From Octopus vulgaris (taxonomy: Eukaryota), in the NCBI GenBank assembly GCA_951406725.2, contig OX597822.1, positions 6,138,001-6,202,000 on the forward strand: DNA of 64,000 nt, read 5' to 3'. The stretch's first letter is position 1, and every line of letters starts with the position of its first letter. Under the pieces are notes generated by a model. The model searched no databases, had not been told where the DNA came from, and saw only the letters and a list, made by a program, of their open reading frames with translations. Positions 45,640 through 58,967 of the stretch are shown one piece after another. The position numbers were made by a program, and so were the translations under genes.

Positions 45640-46040
45640 ATTGTCAGGACGCCTCATGGTCCCCACTGACAAAATGGAAAAGACGTTGCTCTGGAGAATG
45701 GCAGAGGAGATACACTGGAACAGCCACTCTGACCCATGGGTCTCGCACTTGCGGATAGCTATCTACGCCCCGATGCGGTGAGTAGAGAGATAGTCCTGGG
45801 GTCGAGAACGGCGGAGGTCACCACTGCCACCATAAAGATGTCAGAGAGCGGCCAATACATTGACAATTTGCCCTTCTCGGCCTGACGAGCAGCGGAACCT
45901 GAGTTGGTAGCTGAACATACCGACTTGCCGCTGGCTAAGGTGTCACAACATGTGGCATGCCACATGAGGTACCTCTCACACTGAACGGGAAAAACATCGG
46001 AAGAAATATTACCCGACTGTCTATGAGACGCTCTCACGAA
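45640..46040 (-). mobile_element. CRE-like RLE endonuclease fragment
   Basis: VFP...LMWHATCCDTLA...GSAARQAEKGK..Y..VAVVTSAVLDP..GRR resembles the WDATCxDT..AE..K..KY..VAVETxG motif. Confidence 0.65.
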
Positions 46041-46824
46041 TTCGCTATTTCACTACGTTTTGTATATGGTTGTATACATAAACATCTCGTATATGAGTAT
46101 TTACTGATGAGATAATTTCACCTGTGTTAAGTCGGTTCTTAATATACGGGTCATATTCATGTATTCACCTAACCGTGATATTTAATTAGAGTGTAAAAAA
46201 TAAATTTATTTGAAATATAGCGTTATCGTAATCCATTGTATCTAATTCCGCGTAAGCTTATTTGTACTTAGTCCTACCTGATTAGAGTTTTCATATTTTC
46301 ATGGCTTTTCTCGGACCAATGCGAACAACACAAGCAGCACCTTATGAGATGCAATTAGACTGACATTGAATCCCTTAAGGTAAGAAAAGAATCACTGGAC
46401 AAGTATTTTGCTGTTGTCACTTGCTTCTATACATTTGGCATGTTCTGCAGCTAATGAGGACTATCTTGATTGCTTCATAGAATTTCTGAGACAGTGTATA
46501 ATAGGATCGCTTCCGCCAGAATTATTAAGATTGTTGCAGGTTTTATTGTAAATATCAAACTAGTAAAGAAAATTATCAACTGATTAAATGAGTTTTCTGC
46601 AATGTAAAATAATGGGCAAGATGAACATAGCCATTGTCAATCATTAGGTGACGAATTGGCTAAGTAGTTAGGCCGTCGGTTATATTTCCTTGTGGTATTA
46701 GTTCCGGCTCCCTGCGTCCTGACTTCAAATATTGCCATCATCCTTTCATCCTTTCGGGATCAATAAAGCACGAATTTCTAATGGTCACCCCGTATATTGG
46801 AAATAAAGACCTTCAATTGATGCC

Positions 46825-47570
46825 TAACAGGATGAAAATTAAAGAGGTGCCCGAAAGAAAATTTAATTGTGAGAAATGCCAGCATTAAGGTACTTTTGCT
46901 CTTCTTCTGGAGTGGACAAGGTCAGAGCTACAGGAATTAGATAAAAGAATTAGGAAGCTCTACACAATGCACAATGCGCTCCTCTCTGAAGGCCATATCG
47001 ACAGGCTGTTACTACCATGATTAGAAGGAGTCAGTTAAGCGCAGAAGAAACTATTAGAACTGCAATATTAGGTTTGAAAAGCTATGCTATACTTCTGAGA
47101 CCCCCTTCGGTCACGTCACAGACCATGGGATTGCACCTAGAAAGTTAGCAGTCGAGGCACAAGTCCGGGCAAGGTTGTTTATGAAAGACCAGCAGTCGCC
47201 CATGCGTACCGGTCTCTCCTCTCCGCGCCACCAGTCTTATCCAAGGGAAAGGCAAGTGCCGATACAGCTTGGCACCTGTGACGTCGCAACTCACTTTTAA
47301 AACTGAGTGAACTGGAGCAACGTGAAATAAAGTGTCTTGCTCAAGAACATAACACGCAGCCCGGTCCGGGATTCGAGCGTACAACCTCGCGATCGTAAGC
47401 TCGATTCTCTAATCACTGAGCCATTCGCCTTCACTATGTTATACTTAGTGGAAGAAAAATACTCTCGGTTGCTTGAAATATTGAAAAAGGTTACTGAAAA
47501 TATTGGAAAATTCAAAAGTAGAAACAAAAGCAACAGGAGAAGTATCTGGAAAGAGAAGCAAATACATGTC
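46825..47570 (+). mobile_element. Dong/R4-like RT C-terminal fragment split by a SINE
   Basis: WTRSELQELDKRIRKLYTMHNALL...IDRLLLP; resumes ..WKEKQIH. Confidence 0.7.
47095..47433 (-). mobile_element. SINE family 4 (tRNA head, CORE-like TTCTTGAGCAAGACACTT)
   Basis: A-box TGGCTCAGTGATTAG, B-box-like GCTCGAATCCC; 13-bp TSD ctatgYtatactt at 47082-47094 and 47434-47446. Confidence 0.85.
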
Positions 47571-48653
47571 TCTCACTCTACAGAATATATGATGGCTAGA
47601 ACTATGTAAATTATTTGGGTGCTTCAATGATTTCGTGATATTTTGTAAAAAAATCATTTTGTATTGCAATATAGTTGTCTAGAAATTTTTAAAAATTCGT
47701 TTGTTTAAGATGACATTTGGAACAAAGAACTTCTGCGATTGAATATTTGTTGTTTAAGCTTTCAGTTCTTTCTCCTTTAACTCTGCTATTTGAATCTGTC
47801 TCTCTTGTCTATCAGCAGCTGCCTGTTAGGTCCAGCGAGTCATTCTAGATCATTGTGGTTACAATTCCCGAGGGGGGATCATTGAGATGTTTTCATTGAT
47901 AAAACTGTATTTGTTTTCTGCTGCAGCGATTTGGTATGGTGTCAAAGTTAATCTAATTTTATTTGTATGTCTCACTTAACCTTTTTGTTTTTTTTTAAAT
48001 CTTTTTTTCTACGCTTTGCTGTAATCTCTTGACTGTGTATCTGTCGAATTAAATTCCTATTCAATATTCCAGGAATTTTAGATGAATTTACTAGCACTGG
48101 CTAACCCGCTCATGTTTAAAATTGTACACTCTTGAGGATAGTTACTTCTGAGCAGTTTTCACGACTGAATTATAATTCCATCGTTTGTTGAATCTATACT
48201 TTGCCGGGGAGTATGCCAACGATACCTTTAAATATATTTCCTTGCTTTCTGGTTAGTTTTTGTTTTATTCAATAGCCAGAAATTCCAGACGCATTTTTTT
48301 CGGATAGATGCATTTTGAGTAAAGACCGTATTGTTTATTGATTTTATATTAAGACTTTGTCAGAGTTATATTCAGACTTCGCTTGGCACCTATAACTTTT
48401 GATCAAATAAGTTACTTTTACTATAATTCGTTTTGCTGTGCATGATTTATACACAGCACTGGTCAGGTGTTTATAATTTTCAGCAATTCTATGCTTTTCT
48501 GACAGTGACCATTTGGTGCAATAATAGATAACATGCGATTTATGTTTTAACTATACAGGACTGGATCATTCTAGTCTCAAATGAAGCCCTCCCCACCACA
48601 CCAAAAAGAAGAAAGAAAATAATAATAATAATAATAATAATGATAATAATAAT

Positions 48654-48701
<48 letters not shown>

Positions 48702-49759
48702 GATAAATAAAATAACGAATGGAAACTGATAATTGCATTGGGGCAATAGAAATAAAATATAATAATATACTGTTTCCACCATTTTTTCAGAACTTCTTGA
48801 GACAATATCTCGAAAGTTTCTTTATATTGGAAGCCACACGGAAAGTAGAAAAAGTTTAAACTTTTAGATTATATGTTTCAGAAATGTGAAGTTCAACTTT
48901 TTGGAAGGACTGGAAACAAAGAAAAACGAGAAATGATGACATTATGTGTTTAGGATATATAAGAGAATGAAACATGCAATTAATAACAATCTTTTTAACT
49001 TACACATTGAATTTATATAATGAAGCTAATTATGACGTGACCTTTAATTTGTACCACCGCTTCTGTACTTGAGTACGCTTTCAGAGTAAAGTACAGTCGT
49101 GCTATGGCACGAGGCTAGCAATTTCGGAGCAGGGCGTATGTCGATTACATCAACACCAGTAATCAACTGGTATTTATTCTACTGATACCGAAATGATGAA
49201 AGGAAAAGTCGACCTCGGTAGAATTGCAGTTGTGCAAGATATGAAGAATCAGAAATGACCTTGGATTTTTGGTAGATTAATAATACAAGATCGAAAGCCC
49301 GATTGCTCCATTTGCTATTCTAAGAATCACCTCAGAGCACGTGCCCACGATTTCTTTTCATATCCCTTTTCCTCTTCTGATAATATTTCTCCAGAATGCT
49401 ACACAATTCATCATCCGTGAGGACAGTTAATAATTCCCATGGTCACGGTAAGCACATAATAGGTTTATAAGTACTCACTTCCTATCTCAATTCTTTATCC
49501 CCTAATAGCGCTGGATTCCCTTTGTCATTCATATTGGTGTTTCATTTTCTATTGTCAGTAAGAAACAGCTGTATGTTGCTGTGAATAGTTGAGAGCCTTT
49601 AAAGCCAAATCTCTAAATTTTATGTGGTCCAGGGGCTTTCCAATTTGTTATTAAGGAAACCCTCTTTATTTAACGCTGTTCTTCGTTTGAAGCCGGTTCA
49701 TGTGTCTTTTTTCCTTCACCCATTTCTTTTAAATTATTGCATCTGTTTCTTCCAAGATC

Positions 49760-49874
49760 TCAACTTGATCCTCAAGTCTTCGTTTCCGCCGCCGAGTCCT
49801 CGTCTCTCTTTAGTTTTGCTTGACTTTTAACTCACCAAATTTCTACTGAAATAACAATTGCCACAGTAAACAAG
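49760..49874 (+). repeat. Left arm of ~110-bp inverted repeat (partner 51833-51941)
   Basis: aagtcttcgtttccgccgccgagtcctcgtctc...ttttgcttgacttttaactcaccaaat is the reverse complement of 51867-51927 apart from a 6-bp indel. Confidence 0.9.
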
Positions 49875-50465
49875 GTTGTTTACGTGTTATATATTGGTTT
49901 AAAATTTTGGCACCAGATCTAAACTAATACTTATTCTATCGACTCCGAGAGGATGAAAAGCAAAGTCGATCTCGGCAGAATTGAACTCAGAACGAAAGGA
50001 TGGACGAAATGCTGCTAAGAATTTTGTCCGGATTGCTAACGATTCTGCCAGCTCGCAGCCTTGTTAACATCTATTATATTCTCAGCAATAATTTTCGCTA
50101 AGAACTCGTCCAATTCCTTTTTACTTTCTTTTCATATCAACACTGCTAGTGCCTTTCATATAGTATCTGTAGTCTCTGCAACGTCTTTTCCTTCAACGAG
50201 ATAAAACCTGTCATCATCCCGGCTATTATATTTCTCTCCTGATAATTTATTGGACTGACTACTATTTCTTGTTTGATGACGTCGTCGTCATCACATCGAC
50301 TTCGTTGTCGCTGTCGCCGCCGAAGACTCGATCTTGTGGATACTCATCTGTTATTCTCTTTCATCTTGTTACGATTTCTCGCCTCTTCTCACTGTAATGA
50401 TGAAAGCCGCACTAGGAGTGACGAGGCATAAGAAATTGTCATTATTATTATTATTATTATTGTAG

Positions 50466-51351
50466 AAGGTGGTGAGCTGACAGAGTCGTTAGCACGCCGG
50501 GCGAAATGCTTAGCAGTATTTCGTCTGTCGTTACGTTCTGAGTTCAAACTCCGTCGACTTTGCCTTCCTTCCATTTGGGGTCAATAAATTAAGTGCTTGT
50601 GAAACACTGGGGTCAATGTAATCGACTATCCTCCTCCACTAAATTTCAGGCCTTGTATCTTTAATGGGAAGGATTATTATAATTATATAAGGCGGTGAGC
50701 TGGCAAAATCGTTAACACGTTGGACGACAAATTAAGGACCAGGGAAGCACTGGGGTCGATGTAAGTGACTCATCCCCTCCCTCAAAATTGCTGCCTTTGT
50801 GACAGAATTTGAATCTATTATTGCTATTGTTACATATGGCAACGAGATGGCAGAATCGTTAGCACGCCGGACAAAATGCCTAGCGGCATTTCGTCTGCCG
50901 CTACGGTCTGACTTCAAATTCCGCCGATATTCAAATTCGGGGTCGATAAATAAAGTGCCATTAATCGACTTAATCCGTTAGTCTGTCCTTGTTTGTCCTC
51001 TCTGTGTTTAGCCCCTTGTGGGTAGTAAAGAAATAGGCATTTCGTCTGCCGCTACGGTCTGAGTTCAAATTCCGCTGAGGTCGACTTTGCCTTCTATCAA
51101 TTTGGGCTCGATAAATTAAGTACCAATGTTTCACTGGGGTCGCTGTAATCTACTAGTCCCCTCCCACCGCTAAGCGAAATGCTTAGCGGTATTTCGTCTG
51201 TCGCTACGTTCTGAGTTCAAATTCCACTGAAATTGACTTTACCTTTCATCTATTCGGGGCCGATTAAATAATTACCAGTTACGCACTGGAGTCAATGTAA
51301 CCGACTTAATCCTTTCCCCCAAACTGGAGGCCTTTTGCTTAAGTAGAAAAG

Positions 51352-51411
<60 letters not shown>

Positions 51412-51427
51412 GTTGTTGTTGTTGTTA

Positions 51428-51475
<48 letters not shown>

Positions 51476-51670
51476 GGGCGGTGAGCTGGCATAATCTCTA
51501 GCACGTCGTATAAAATACTTAGCGACATTTCCTTCGGCTCCTTACGTCGAGGTAGACTTTATCTTTCATCTTTACGGGGTCAATGAAATAAATATCAGTT
51601 GAGCACTAGATTCAAAGTACTCGACGAGCCCTATCTCCAAAATGGCATGCTTTGTGGCTATACTAGAAAG
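50466..51670 (+). mobile_element. Cluster of 6 or more same-orientation SINE family 2 units with (TTA)n tails
   Basis: Heads at ~50467, 50690, 50838 and 51476; internal units at 51036 and ~51172. Confidence 0.85.
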
Positions 51671-51832
51671 AAACCTTACTAGTATGATTATTTACGTTAC
51701 ACCAGTGTTCTGTTTTCTTACGTCGCAAGATATGAAATAGGCATGCGCATACACACACTCATACTTAACAAATGCTTTGATAAATATGTTGAAACATTTA
51801 CATTCCTTCGTATAGCTATTTTATGAAATCTA

Positions 51833-51941
51833 CTTGTTTACTGTGTCAATTGCTATTTCAGTAGAGATTTGGTGAGTTAAAAGTCAAGCAAAACGAGACG
51901 AGGACTCGGCGGCGGAAACGAAGACTTGACGATCGAGTTGA
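51833..51941 (-). repeat. Right arm of inverted repeat
   Basis: See 49760-49874. Confidence 0.9.
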
Positions 51942-52599
51942 ACATCTCCATAGAGATCTTCTACTTGTACGTGACCTGTTGATAATTTTAAAGAAGCTAT
52001 TAAAATATCTTTTGAGTTGTAACATCTATAAATGAGATGACGTACACACTCCCTTTATGACATAATGCTATCATTTCAATGGCTGTGTCAGTGTAATTAT
52101 TTGGATTTCCAGTTAGTTTGTGCACGACATCAGAGTCACAAAGGAATTCTATGTCAATTATTTAATTATACTTGTCATGTTTGTAATAGAAAATGTTGCC
52201 AGATTTCTTGCGTTTTAGCTGCTGATGTGTCTACATGTTGCAGCTGTGTGGGATCTTCTCACTTATCTTTTTCTATGACGAGGAATTGAAACATTTAGGA
52301 TGTTGAACCATTATTATAATGGGGCTTGTGTAGGTATATTTATTCATAAATCGGAACTGCCTCTCAAATTCTCACTAAATAACTCATATCTCACGTCGCT
52401 CCTAACACCACTCACATCTCTGAAGTAAGAAAGCAGTATTAACAGATACACCGTGTCACCTCTCATAACATCCTCCCCATAAAAGAAATAAAACAGCGAC
52501 TATAAAAGAGAGGGAAAGAGAGACAGGCCAAGGGAGAGTGAGGAAATTGTCTATTTGCAAACCGGAGTATCCCATTGCTGTCTAACAAAATTTCCTTTC

Positions 52600-52815
52600 A
52601 AAGTCGGCCAGCTGGTAGAATCGTCAAGACGCCGGGCAAAATGCTTGGCGGCATTTCGTCCATCTTTACATTCTGAGTTCAAATTCCGCCGAGGTCGACC
52701 TTACATTTATCCTTCCGGGGTCGATAAAATAAGTACCAGTTCAATACTGGGGTTTGTGTAATCGACTTCCTCCTCAACCAAATTTACTGGCCTTGTGCTA
52801 AGATTTGAAACCAAT
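52600..52815 (+). mobile_element. SINE family 2
   Basis: Head, core and ctggccttgtgc tail. Confidence 0.85.
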
Positions 52816-53194
52816 TTTTTCCTTTCGATGTATTCCGGCTTGTCCTTGGTTTTTCCAAATTGGCGTCTGTCTTGATAGCAAAAGCAGTCAAATCTTGCAA
52901 AACTCACACTTTATCGTTTTAATAAACTTACTTAACCTAGTGATATTTTCGTTTGCATCTTTTTTTACTTAAATCTGTGATGACATTTTTTGCGTTATAT
53001 ATTTTGTATAGTAGCTGCTATTTAATGATTGGGGTATATTTTGGGGAGTTACATTCATTTACCCGTTCGAAGATATTATTTCCGCTTTATAGATTTTTAT
53101 CTTCCCGATCCCCATTTCTGGAATTGCCAATTCTTAAATCTTTCTCATATTGCCTTTTATCCATATTTCTGTTCCTGTTGTTCTTTTAAGCTGT

Positions 53195-53597
53195 TTACTC
53201 TTTTACTCTTTTACTTGTTTCAGTCATTTGACTGCGGCCATGCTGGAGCACCGCCTTTAGTCGAGCAAATCGACCCCGTGACTTATTCTTTGTAAGCCCA
53301 GTACTTATTCTATCGGTCTCTTTTGCCGTACCGCTAAGTGACAGGGACGTAAACACACCATCGGTTGTCAAGCAATGCTAGGGGGACAAACACAGACGCA
53401 CAAACATACACGCACATATATTTATATATATACATATATACGACAGGTTTCTTTCAGTTTCCGTCTACCAAATCCACTCACAAGGCATTGGTTGGCCCGG
53501 GGCTATAGCAGAAGACACTTGCCCAAGATGCCACGCAGTGAGACTGAACCCGGAACCATGTGGTTGGTTAGTAAGCTACTTACCACACAGCCACTCC
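53195..53597 (-). mobile_element. SINE family 1, full length
   Basis: Matches the other copies. Confidence 0.92.
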
Positions 53598-54407
53598 TTT
53601 GCTTCATTTTCTTATATATTTTAGATCTATCTTTGTAATTTCTTTTCTTTTAAGTAGTGTTTGGTTTGTATTCATTTCTTATGATTTCGCAATGAATTCG
53701 CTGACTTACGTGTTCGATTTCGATTTCTGACTTTTGTGGTATCGATGGCTGCGTTTTCAGAATGTTTCTTCTTATGTCTGTCAGTCAGTTGAGATCCAAT
53801 GTAATATTTAGATCTGCGTTACTTTCTATTTAAATTTTAATTGAGAATACTATCGCCGCTTTGTTTTCAAGTAGAGTGTAGTCGTAAAATGTTCATGCTG
53901 GCGGGAAACGTATTTCTTTGCGGTACATTTACTTTTATTTTATTTGGAGTCAGACTTTTGTTTAGCTTGTCATCACTTTCATGCGGTAGAATTTTTTTCT
54001 TTTAGGGATTCTCAGTTTGGTTCCATTTTCCGTACTTTTAATTCACAAAGTGTACATTCTCCTTTTAATTTACAGAATGATATAGATTATATTTGCCTGA
54101 CTTGATATTTTTTCACTGAAATGACTGAATATTATTCTGTTGTTGATATGATGCATCTTTAGTTTAATTAAACTTGGTTCCCGAACGCCGATCAATATGA
54201 ACATTTGTAATATGAGGTAAAAATCAATATATTTTACAACATATTACGTACATAATTATCATTTGGCATTTTCATTTTTAGATTTAATTCGTAATTATTT
54301 GTCAGTATTAAACGGTGTTAGTGGATATTGATGATAATAGTTAAGTAATCTTCTCTCTTGCTAAATGCATCCTCGCTTGGCATACTCTAAGAAATCTCGC
54401 ATAGTAT

Positions 54408-54675
54408 ATTCTTCTTCTCCTTCTTCTTCTCCTTCTTCTTCTTCTTCTTCTTCTTGTCCTTCTCCTCCTCCTCCTCCTCCTCCTTCTTCTTCTTCTTCTT
54501 CTCCTTCTCCTTCTTCTTCTTCTTCTTCTTCTTCTTCTTCTTCTCCTTCTTCTTCTTCTTCTTCTTCTTCTTCTTCTTCTTCTTCTTCTTCTTCTTCTTC
54601 TTCTTCTTCTTCTTCTTCTACTACTACTACTACTACTACTATTATTATTATTGAGTGAGAGAGCAGTGCATGCCA

Positions 54676-54741
<66 letters not shown>

Positions 54742-54760
54742 CATTATTATTATAATCATT
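54408..54760. repeat. (TTC)n-(TAC)n-(TTA)n array with a 26-bp element X stub at 54651-54676
   Basis: Direct reading; the stub is the reverse complement of the element X 3' end. Confidence 0.9.
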
Positions 54761-54761
54761 A

Positions 54762-56190
54762 TTTTGTTGGGTATGATGGAAAGTGTCAGCTGCCCACAGC
54801 CAGCAGACTAAGGTGAGATTTATTTACTGGCCATGCTTCAAGAACTCTGCGTAGAATTCTTGCAGTTCCAAGCAATGCTGCTTTTTTTGTAGGTGTTCTA
54901 TATTATATATGTTATATATTCTATATTATATTGTACCAATCTTTTGTGAGCCCTGTTTGTAGTTGGGTGGTGATACGTCCAAGTGCACAAAGTATTACTA
55001 TTGGTACCAAGCTAGTCCTCCACAACTTTGATATTTCCCACTTGAAATTGTTGTAGTTATTCAAGTTTTCTTCTTTCTCCTTCATCCTGTTGTCACCGGG
55101 ATATGCTATGTCGATTCTCATGCAAGTTCTTTCTTTTTTATTCCCCACAACAATGTCCGGTTTCCGATGTCTGGTCAGGTGATCGCACTGAATCGTTGTA
55201 TCCTGTAGGATTTTACAATCTTCATTCTCGGTGACTTGTTCTGAGGTTTGCTCGTACTACATCTTTACTCTTTGTAGGCCGTGATTTCCAGACAACTCTC
55301 AATGAATCATACTTTCCACATTGCTATGTCTTTCGTAATCATGTTGTGCCAATTTCGGGCATTCGCTAACGATGTGCCATACCATTTCACCATTCTCACC
55401 ACACATTCTGCATTTGACGCACTCGGCAGTATTATTGATTTTTGCATTTCGCATACTCCTTAACGCGTGTTCTTGTACTGAGCTTCTGTCTCTATCTTCA
55501 GGTCACTCCTCCTCGCCCATGGCCACCGATTCTTTTGTATCTGTCCTGGCGTTCGTATCCCTTATAAAACGACCGTACATTTTTCTCCTTCCATGTTGTT
55601 TCTTTTATGTGTTCTTTTCATCTTTATTTTTTGCTTTCTTTACGCAATTAACAATTCCGATGGTTCTGGACTTCTTTACATGTTTCAACAATGGCTCCAC
55701 TGTATTTTTTACATTCCATCCTAAGCTATTTTCTTTTGCTTCGATACAATCCTGGCAACTGATCAAGCTTCTCCCACCCTTTCTCTTAGACAAGTAGAGC
55801 CTGTCGGTGTCACTTTTAGGGGAGAGGGCTCCGTGCACTGTCAATATTTTTTCTTGTTTTCCTATCCATATTCATCAGTTCTTTTGCCTGTTTATGATTC
55901 GAGCTCCATATCAAAGTGATGCTACCGCCCATGTATTAACTGCTTGGATTTTGAACACAACACCAATCTTAGTCTTCGGAAATATTGTATCCTCAGTTGT
56001 TCTTTCATTTCTTTCGTTGAACTCTAGTATGCAAAGGTATTTGTAGCCTTCCTTTTTCAATTTGTTTAATCAGTTCTCTATTAAGTAATTCCATCTCTCT
56101 GCTGGGGACTGCACATTGCCTCTTTTCAGGTATATTATGCTACACTTCTTGATTCTGAATTCCATCCTAATACCAGCACTAAAACAGTGA
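54762..56190 (-). mobile_element. Dong/R4-like retrotransposon, decayed RT C-terminus plus RLE
   Basis: HGALSPKSDTDRLYLSKRKGGRSL, IQCDH..RHRKPDIVV, IDIAYPGD, WEISKLW..VPIVILCALG; 3' end runs into (TAA)n. Confidence 0.88.
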
Positions 56191-56421
56191 TTATTTAGGT
56201 TGTTCGTCTATCGACACGTATTGCACGTCGCTCCGGCAAGTTTTTTTTATTATTTCTATTGTTACACAAAGTTATATACTGAACATTTGTTATCGTTCTA
56301 TAGATAAAGTAACCAGTAGCTTAGGGAGCGGGTTCGTTTTCATAATCTGTAGCTCTTTGTGGGGACTAAATTGGGGTTTGTTTAGCGAACATCTCCCTCA
56401 AATTTTGTTTAAAAATGCATG

Positions 56422-56576
56422 ATGGCTGTGTGGTAAGTAGCTTGTTTACCAACCACATGGTTGCGGGCTCAGTCCCACTGCTGGCATCTTGGGCAAGTGT
56501 CTTCTACTATATCCTCGGGCCGACCAATGCCTTGTGAGTGAATTTGGTGGACGGAAACTGAAAGAAGCCCGTCGTA

Positions 56577-56607
<31 letters not shown>

Positions 56608-56837
56608 GCGTGTGTGTGTGTTTGTGTGTCTGTGTTTGTCCTCCTAGCATTGCTTGACAACCGATGCTGGTGTGTTTATGTCCCCGTTACTTAGCGGTTC
56701 GGCAAAAAGAGACCGATAGAATAAATACTGGGCTTACAAAAGAATAAGTCCCGGGGTCGAGTTGCTCGATTGAAGGCGGTGCTCCAGCATGGCCGCAGTC
56801 AAATGACTGAAACAAGTAAAAGAGTAAAGAGTAAAGA
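56422..56837 (+). mobile_element. SINE family 1, full length
   Basis: Ends cagtcaaatgactgaaacaagtaaaagagtaaagagtaaagag. Confidence 0.92.
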
Positions 56838-57742
56838 GATGGTGCATGAAGATTTTTTTCTCCACTGAAAAGAACCGCCGCAGAACAGAACGACAACATT
56901 GCAAAAATCAGTGACAGCAGCAGCAGCAGCAGCAGCAGCAAGAATAATAGCAACAGCAACAGCAAGAAGAACAGCACAGCACAGAAAATGTATGAAGGTA
57001 AATTTCAGATACTAAAAATGTCTGCACCGCCATCAATTCATAGGAACACTAAAAGAGCCCAATGGCAACAAAAAGAAACAGCTACACAGGTGAGTCTATT
57101 ACCACCTCCACTACTCTACCCCTCCTCCCCACCACTATCATCACTATCACTAACACAAACATTGATACAACGGAAATGGCGAACACCTTTTCATCCACCT
57201 TCTGCTTCGCCTCCACTTGTGGACGTGTTCCTACAAAAATACCCCACTTGTGGAGTCGTAGGACCGGATGTGTGTTTCTGTGCCTGTGGTTGTCACCCAT
57301 CACTGCTTGAGCGTTGTGTGTGTGCTTACTTTCTCGTAACTTAGTGATTCGGCATAAGTGACCAATAGAATAAATATTAGGTTTAAAAACTGGAATCGAT
57401 TTGTTCGATTTAACCCTTCAAGGCCGTAACCCAGCACGGCTACAGTCCGATGACTGACACAAGTAAAACATAAAAGAGACATATTCTCAGTGGACATCGT
57501 GGATGGAATCTTTGACAAGTAGTTTATTCGTCAAGGCTTTTGTATTGGAGTAGTATGGGAGGAGTGCTATAGTGTTCCTGCTTATGGGAATAATATTGTT
57601 TCTCTCCCCAGATACCATTCAGATGTTGATTGTGGTCTGCTTACCCCTTAAATGAATTTTGCTGCTACGGGTAGTGATTAGACACTTCAACCGAGAGAAA
57701 AAAATAGTGGAAAAAAAAAGGAGACCTAACAATCCCAAGGCC

Positions 57743-57798
57743 TTTCCAGTTGCCTTTCGTTCTACATGTGTTTCCAGTTGCCTTTCGTTCTACATGTG
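57743..57798. repeat. 28-bp perfect tandem duplication
   Basis: tttccagttgcctttcgttctacatgtg x2. Confidence 0.95.
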
Positions 57799-57919
57799 TT
57801 GGTTAGTTCCTTCATGTGATTTATGTACTTTTACATATTTTTCTTATTTATTTTCTGATAAACTCTGCTTTTATCTATTGTGATGAATATTTGTTCCTAT
57901 CGTGCAGCTGTGGTGCCAC

Positions 57920-58640
57920 AGCGTAGATATGGCTGTGCCGGGAAGGAGCTCACATTTGTAACTACGTGGCTTCTGCTACGGGTTCCCTCACACTGCACAG
58001 CACACCTTTAGTAGAGCTTCGAGCCTTCGAATGCCTTGTGAGTGAACTTGGTAGACGGATACTGTCCAGAATCCCCTCCTATATGTGTGTGTGTGTGTGT
58101 GTGCATGTATGTTTGTGTACTGGTGTTTGTGTTTGTCTCACCCACCGCTTAACAACCGCTGTTGGATCATTTACTTATCTGCACCTTAAGGGTTCAGCAA
58201 AACAGTACCGGTAGAATAACCTAAAAACAACTAGGGGAGATTTGTCCGACTAAATCCTTGAACGCGGTGCTCTAGCATGGCCGTAGTTCAATGAATGAAA
58301 CAAGTGAATGGTAAAAGAAAAGATATTCCCTCTCAGTTTTCTTGAATTACTCAGTGATTGATATTCAGGTGGTAGTTTCGAATATGATAGCTTGTGAATT
58401 GCAACAATATTCAACGAGTATTTAAGGTGACGAACTGGCGGAATTATTAGAACATCGAGCAAAATGTTTAATAGCAATTCGTCTCTCTCTATGTTCTGAT
58501 TTCAAATTCCGCCGAGATCGATTTTGCCTTTCATCTTCTCGGGTTCGATAAAATAAATATCAGTTGAGTACTGGGGTCGATGTTAACGAATAGTCCTCTT
58601 CTCCAAAACTGCTGGTCTTGTACCAAAATTTAAAACCAAT
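57920..58640 (+). mobile_element. Degenerate SINE family 1 (57920-58320) and family 2 (58424-58640) copies
   Basis: Diagnostic motifs, diverged. Confidence 0.7.
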
Positions 58641-58967
58641 ATTTAACGGGTATAACAATAAAATAAATTCCTAACTGGAATAAACAGTGTTGACGATACG
58701 ATAGACTAAAAACTGAAGAAGGTGGTGCAATGATACGGCTGAAGCCCGCCCACTGCAAGCAATGGAAGAATAAAGCAAAAAGATAAAATGAATGGCCAGC
58801 TGGAGCATCGTTCAAAGTAACATTAACAAGAAAGCAAATTGCTTGACGACAGAGAGAATATACGGAAGTGAAGAGTGAAGGAAGGACATTAAGTTTAATG
58901 TAATTGAGCAGGAGTGGGATCCGACACCGGATAATATTATTGTTTAAATACACACATGTACACATAT

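Noticed and set aside
42860-54300. Unique-looking minus-strand stretches (42860-44030, 47570-48530, 52815-54300) as old Penelope ORFs
   Set aside because: Only isolated hints (e.g. KYYIGS near 53790); too decayed to call without a search
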